A stretch of DNA of 64,000 bases, from positions 9,423 to 73,422 of the forward strand of contig CAVRED010000010.1 of NCBI GenBank assembly GCA_963719975.1, given 5' to 3'. Shown here in pieces: positions 60,400 to 64,000 of this stretch. The stretch's first letter is position 1; the number at the start of each line of letters is the position of its first letter. The notes under the pieces were generated by a model, which was not told the DNA's origin, made no database searches, and saw only the letters and a list, made by a program, of their open reading frames with translations. The position numbers and the translations under genes were made by a program. The stretch is from an uncultured Alphaproteobacteria bacterium (lineage in GTDB: Bacteria; Pseudomonadota; Alphaproteobacteria; Caulobacterales; Caulobacteraceae).

Positions 60400-61998
60400 C
60401 TAGTTCGACATCGCCTTCTGGAAGCTGGCGTCGCCGGCGAGCGCTGCGAAGGCCGAGTTCGACGCCAGCTGGGCGAACGCGGACGGATTGCTCGCCATGG
60501 CGGAGAAGGCCGCGCTGTTGCTCGACAGCGCCGCCATCGCCTGGCTGTTCGAGGCGAGCTGGGAGAACGCCGATGCGTTGGCCGCCATCGCGGCGAAGGC
60601 TTGGCTGTTCGCTGCAAGGGCGGCCGCCTGCGCGCTCGCCTGACTCGCGGCCTGGTTCGAAGCGGCGAGCGCCTGGAAGGCCTCGGCGCTGTGGGCCATG
60701 GACGCGAACGCCGAGGCGTTGGAGGCTAGCGCCGCGAACGCCCGCGAGTTGGCCGCCATCGCCGCAAAGGCCTGGCTGTTGGCGCAAAGCGCGGCGAACG
60801 CCTGGGCGTTGGCGGCGAGCGCCGCGAATGCCTGAGAATTGGCCGCCATCGCCGCGAACGCCTGCGAGTTCGCTGAAAGCGCCGCCATCGCGGCATGGTC
60901 GGCGGCGAGCGCCGCGAACGCGGACGAGTGCGCCGCCATCGCCGGGTTGTTCTGCGCCGCCGCGGCCGCGGCGAACGCCTGGGCGTTGTTCGCGTATGAC
61001 GCAAACGCCTGCGCGTCCTGCGCCATCGCCTGGAACGCCTCGGAGTGGCGCGACAACGCCGCGAACGCGGGGGCATTCTGCGCCATGGCCGCCATGGCCT
61101 GCGGCTGTTGCGCCATCAAGGCGAAGGCCTGGGAGTTGGCCGCCATGGCCTGGAAGGCCTGGACGTTGGCGGCATACTGCGCCCCGTTCGCGGTCTGGGC
61201 CGCCGCGAGCTGCGAGGCCAGCGCCGCGAACGCCGGCCCGTTGGCGGCGAGCGCGGAGAAGGCCTGCGGGTCGTGCGACAGCGCCGCCATCGCCGCCTGG
61301 TCGGCGGCGAGCGCCGCGAAGGCAGGAGCGTTGGCCGCCATCGCCGGGTTGTTCTGCGTCGCGGCGGCCCGCTCGAACGCCTGGGCGTTGCTCGAGTACG
61401 CTGAGAAGGCCTGGGCATCCTGCGCCATGGCGGCGAAGGCCTGCGCGTGGCTAGTCAATGCGGCGAACGCCTGGGCGTGGCTGGCGAGCGCGGCGAACGC
61501 CTGCGAATTGGCCGAGAACGCTTCGAAGGCCTTGGGGCTGCCCGCGAACGCCGCGAACGAGCGCGCGTTGGCTGCATTGGCCGCGCCCGACTGGGCTGAC
61601 AACGACTGGGCCATGGCCAGCAGGGCGGAGAACGCCTGTTGGTTCTGCATCAGTTGCGCGAACTGGCGCGAGTTCTGCGACATCGCCGCGAGCGCCTGGG
61701 AGTTCTGCGCCAGGGCGGCGAAGTGCGGATCAGCCGCCATCGCGCGGAACGATGGGTTCTTGACCATCACTTCGAAGGCGTCGGTCTGCATCAGCATCGG
61801 CACGCTGGAGTCGCCGAGGCCGACATCGGCCTCCGAGACCTGCGGCGCCCGATAGCGCTCCGCCGGCACGATCGCGCCAGCGACGGTGCCCCCTCTGATC
61901 GGAAGCTTGGTGGAGACGACGTAGACACCGCCTGCGAGGGCCACAAGGCCCGCCGCGACGATGGCGGTTCGCGCACCTCCGAAGGCCTTCGAGCTCAT
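60400..61998 (-). CDS. N-terminally anchored or exported Ala-rich decapeptide-repeat protein (532 aa)
   Basis: Hydrophobic TAIVAAGLVALAGGVYVV, then about 40 copies of [NDH]-x-Q-A-F-A-A-[LM]-A-x; GC3-rich codons. Confidence 0.85.
   Translation of the reverse strand: MSSKAFGGARTAIVAAGLVALAGGVYVVSTKLPIRGGTVAGAIVPAERYRAPQVSEADVGLGDSSVPMLMQTDAFEVMVKNPSFRAMAADPHFAALAQNSQALAAMSQNSRQFAQLMQNQQAFSALLAMAQSLSAQSGAANAANARSFAAFAGSPKAFEAFSANSQAFAALASHAQAFAALTSHAQAFAAMAQDAQAFSAYSSNAQAFERAAATQNNPAMAANAPAFAALAADQAAMAALSHDPQAFSALAANGPAFAALASQLAAAQTANGAQYAANVQAFQAMAANSQAFALMAQQPQAMAAMAQNAPAFAALSRHSEAFQAMAQDAQAFASYANNAQAFAAAAAAQNNPAMAAHSSAFAALAADHAAMAALSANSQAFAAMAANSQAFAALAANAQAFAALCANSQAFAAMAANSRAFAALASNASAFASMAHSAEAFQALAASNQAASQASAQAAALAANSQAFAAMAANASAFSQLASNSQAMAALSSNSAAFSAMASNPSAFAQLASNSAFAALAGDASFQKAMSN
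60403..61785 (-). repeat. 30-bp-period degenerate coding tandem repeat
   Basis: Recurrent GCCGCGAACGCC / GGCGAAGGCCTG on the plus strand at about 30-bp spacing. Confidence 0.9.
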
Positions 61999-62472
61999 TT
62001 TGGATTGTCCCAGCAACGCTCCGGCAAGAGTGACACCTGTGTCGCTTTCGTCAATGGCGCGGCGTAGCCCGTACCGCACAGCGGCGCGGGCGAAAGGCCA
62101 CTCTCCGGCAGGGAGCCAGCGTCCGCTTCCGACCCAAAGCGATGGGGTGGACGCCCCCCGACGGCATCGAAGTGCCAGCGTGGGGGTGTTGTGAACACCA
62201 CTGCGAGGGAGGCGTCCATGGAAAGGAGGGGTCCGCCTCCGACGGTGTCTTTCCAACGCCGTCAGTGTCCCGCCCCCACCCACCCGACACCGGCCGCCTG
62301 AAGCGCCTCGGCCTGGGCTGCTTCCAAGTCCAAGGCTCCCAAACGACCTCCGGCATCCTGTCAGGCCAAAGCAGGTCGGTTCGCACGCCCGCCGCCAGAA
62401 CCCGCTGGACAGCTCGACGCTAGGGCGGAAAGCTCTAAGTGATTCGGCACGCAGCCGATCAAAGCAGTTGGT

Positions 62473-63324
62473 ATGGCTAAGAAACCAATCACATCGCGCG
62501 TCCACGGCGGCGGCGCGGGACAAGCGCCGCGGCGCACCATCTGCGCTCTGCGGTGGCGGTGGGCGGCGGGGGCGGTCGTGGTCTGGGCGCTCGCCGGGCC
62601 GGCGCTGACTCAGAGCTGCTTCGCTGACTGGAAACTGTTCGACGGCGCGTCGACGCTGGATCCGGCCCTATGTTTCTTCGACGCGAGTGGCGTCACCCGA
62701 GCTCGCGGCCGTGACGTGGGCGTGTGGACCAAGTGCGTCGGCCAGCGCGAGATTGAAGCCGTCGCCCCGACTGGCCCAACCGGGCGGGCGATCGCGGCGC
62801 GTGACGCTCAGGCGATATTGGCTGGATACGTCCCCCCCGCCGCAAGCCTGTACGGGCTCGACAGCGATGGATTGCGGTCGGTGATCTCCTATAAGTCCGC
62901 GGCCGATCTGGCCGGTCTCAAAGCCAGAAGTGCCACCTACTACGATCTGAACTGCGCCCGCGGCACGGTGCGTGCGCTGAGGCTTAGCAGTGAAGCGGCA
63001 ACCGCGGCGGGCTTCCGCGGCACGCCCAGTGCGCTTGACGCGGCCACCCCTCGAGGCAGCGGAGCGAGCCTGCTCCAGCTCCTGTGCGGGCTTAACGTCG
63101 CTGTGCAGCCGCGGCTCGCCCCCGGGCGCCCAACGACCGAGCAAACGCGCGTTCGTAGGCCTACACACCTGGTCCACGTGGCGCTCGCGGCCAATCAGAT
63201 ACGGATGCATATTGGGGAACTGACGCAGCGACCAAGGATCACGGCGCGCAGGCCGCCGCCGGCGGCCAGTCGCGCCGCGTCGGCATCGTCGCTGGACGCG
63301 CCTCTGCGGCCCCGACTGAGCTAG
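62473..63324 (+). CDS. Exported hypothetical protein (surface-adhesin E-like)
   Basis: Hydrophobic leader; FFDASGV, VWTKC, YDLNCARG, LLQLLC. Confidence 0.5.
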   Translation: MAKKPITSRVHGGGAGQAPRRTICALRWRWAAGAVVVWALAGPALTQSCFADWKLFDGASTLDPALCFFDASGVTRARGRDVGVWTKCVGQREIEAVAPTGPTGRAIAARDAQAILAGYVPPAASLYGLDSDGLRSVISYKSAADLAGLKARSATYYDLNCARGTVRALRLSSEAATAAGFRGTPSALDAATPRGSGASLLQLLCGLNVAVQPRLAPGRPTTEQTRVRRPTHLVHVALAANQIRMHIGELTQRPRITARRPPPAASRAASASSLDAPLRPRLS

Positions 63325-63482
63325 CCACCCCTGTTGTGCACACGTTCCCTGTGCTGCCGCCGCGGATATTGGAAGGTGGATGGCAGAGGTGGTGGGGGAG
63401 CAGAAGCGTGCGTTGAGCAAAGCGGACTCTTAGCAACGCAATCAGTGGGTAGCGCCAGAGGCCGGGCATGGTCAGGGCTTGA

Positions 63483-64000
<518 letters not shown>

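Noticed and set aside
60403-61785. 30-bp periodicity as a CRISPR array
   Set aside because: Degenerate in-frame coding repeats with no unique spacers and no cas genes
60839-61855. Plus-strand Ala/Trp/Cys-rich repeat ORF (and 58827..61454)
   Set aside because: Antisense shadow of the decapeptide-repeat gene; the minus frame has the leader, operon context and codon bias
61999-62523. 175-aa N-terminal extension of the repeat protein in the ORF track
   Set aside because: Non-protein-like composition; the hydrophobic leader begins right after the ATG at 61998

Overview
High-GC alphaproteobacterial DNA, most likely Caulobacteraceae (Phenylobacterium/Caulobacter-like), inferred from CtrA, MucR, Flp pilin and PodJ-like sequences. 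Many genes are split by single-base indels, most simply explained by long-read or MAG consensus errors. The window is a mosaic. (1) 1-8.3 kb: accessory block with three toxin-antitoxin modules (two with palindromic operators), PilZ, a divergent ctrA copy and a short PodJ-like gene. (2) 8.4-26 kb: core-like block with an S8 protease, Spy/CpxP, a PepSY/two-component/TolC-MFP-RND/YncE operon and an acyltransferase. (3) 26-34 kb: glycosyltransferase, methyltransferase and ATP-grasp island. (4) 34-45 kb: small accessory genes (GFA, WYL, stand-alone EF-G domain V, GST, GMC, Flp pilin, MucR, ParA, PilZ). (5) 45-56 kb: ThDP enzyme, SDR and CmcJ-like genes, a TIR-TM protein and a Sel1 protein with an inserted peptidase-like domain. 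(6) 56-62 kb: the best candidate for an undescribed system, a tight three-gene operon encoding a membrane-anchored or exported protein of about 40 decapeptide repeats, an outer-membrane HExxH peptidase/propeller/barrel protein and a PrsW intramembrane protease. No rRNA, tRNA, CRISPR array or intact transposase/integrase was recognised. All family calls are by-eye motif recognition, not database results.
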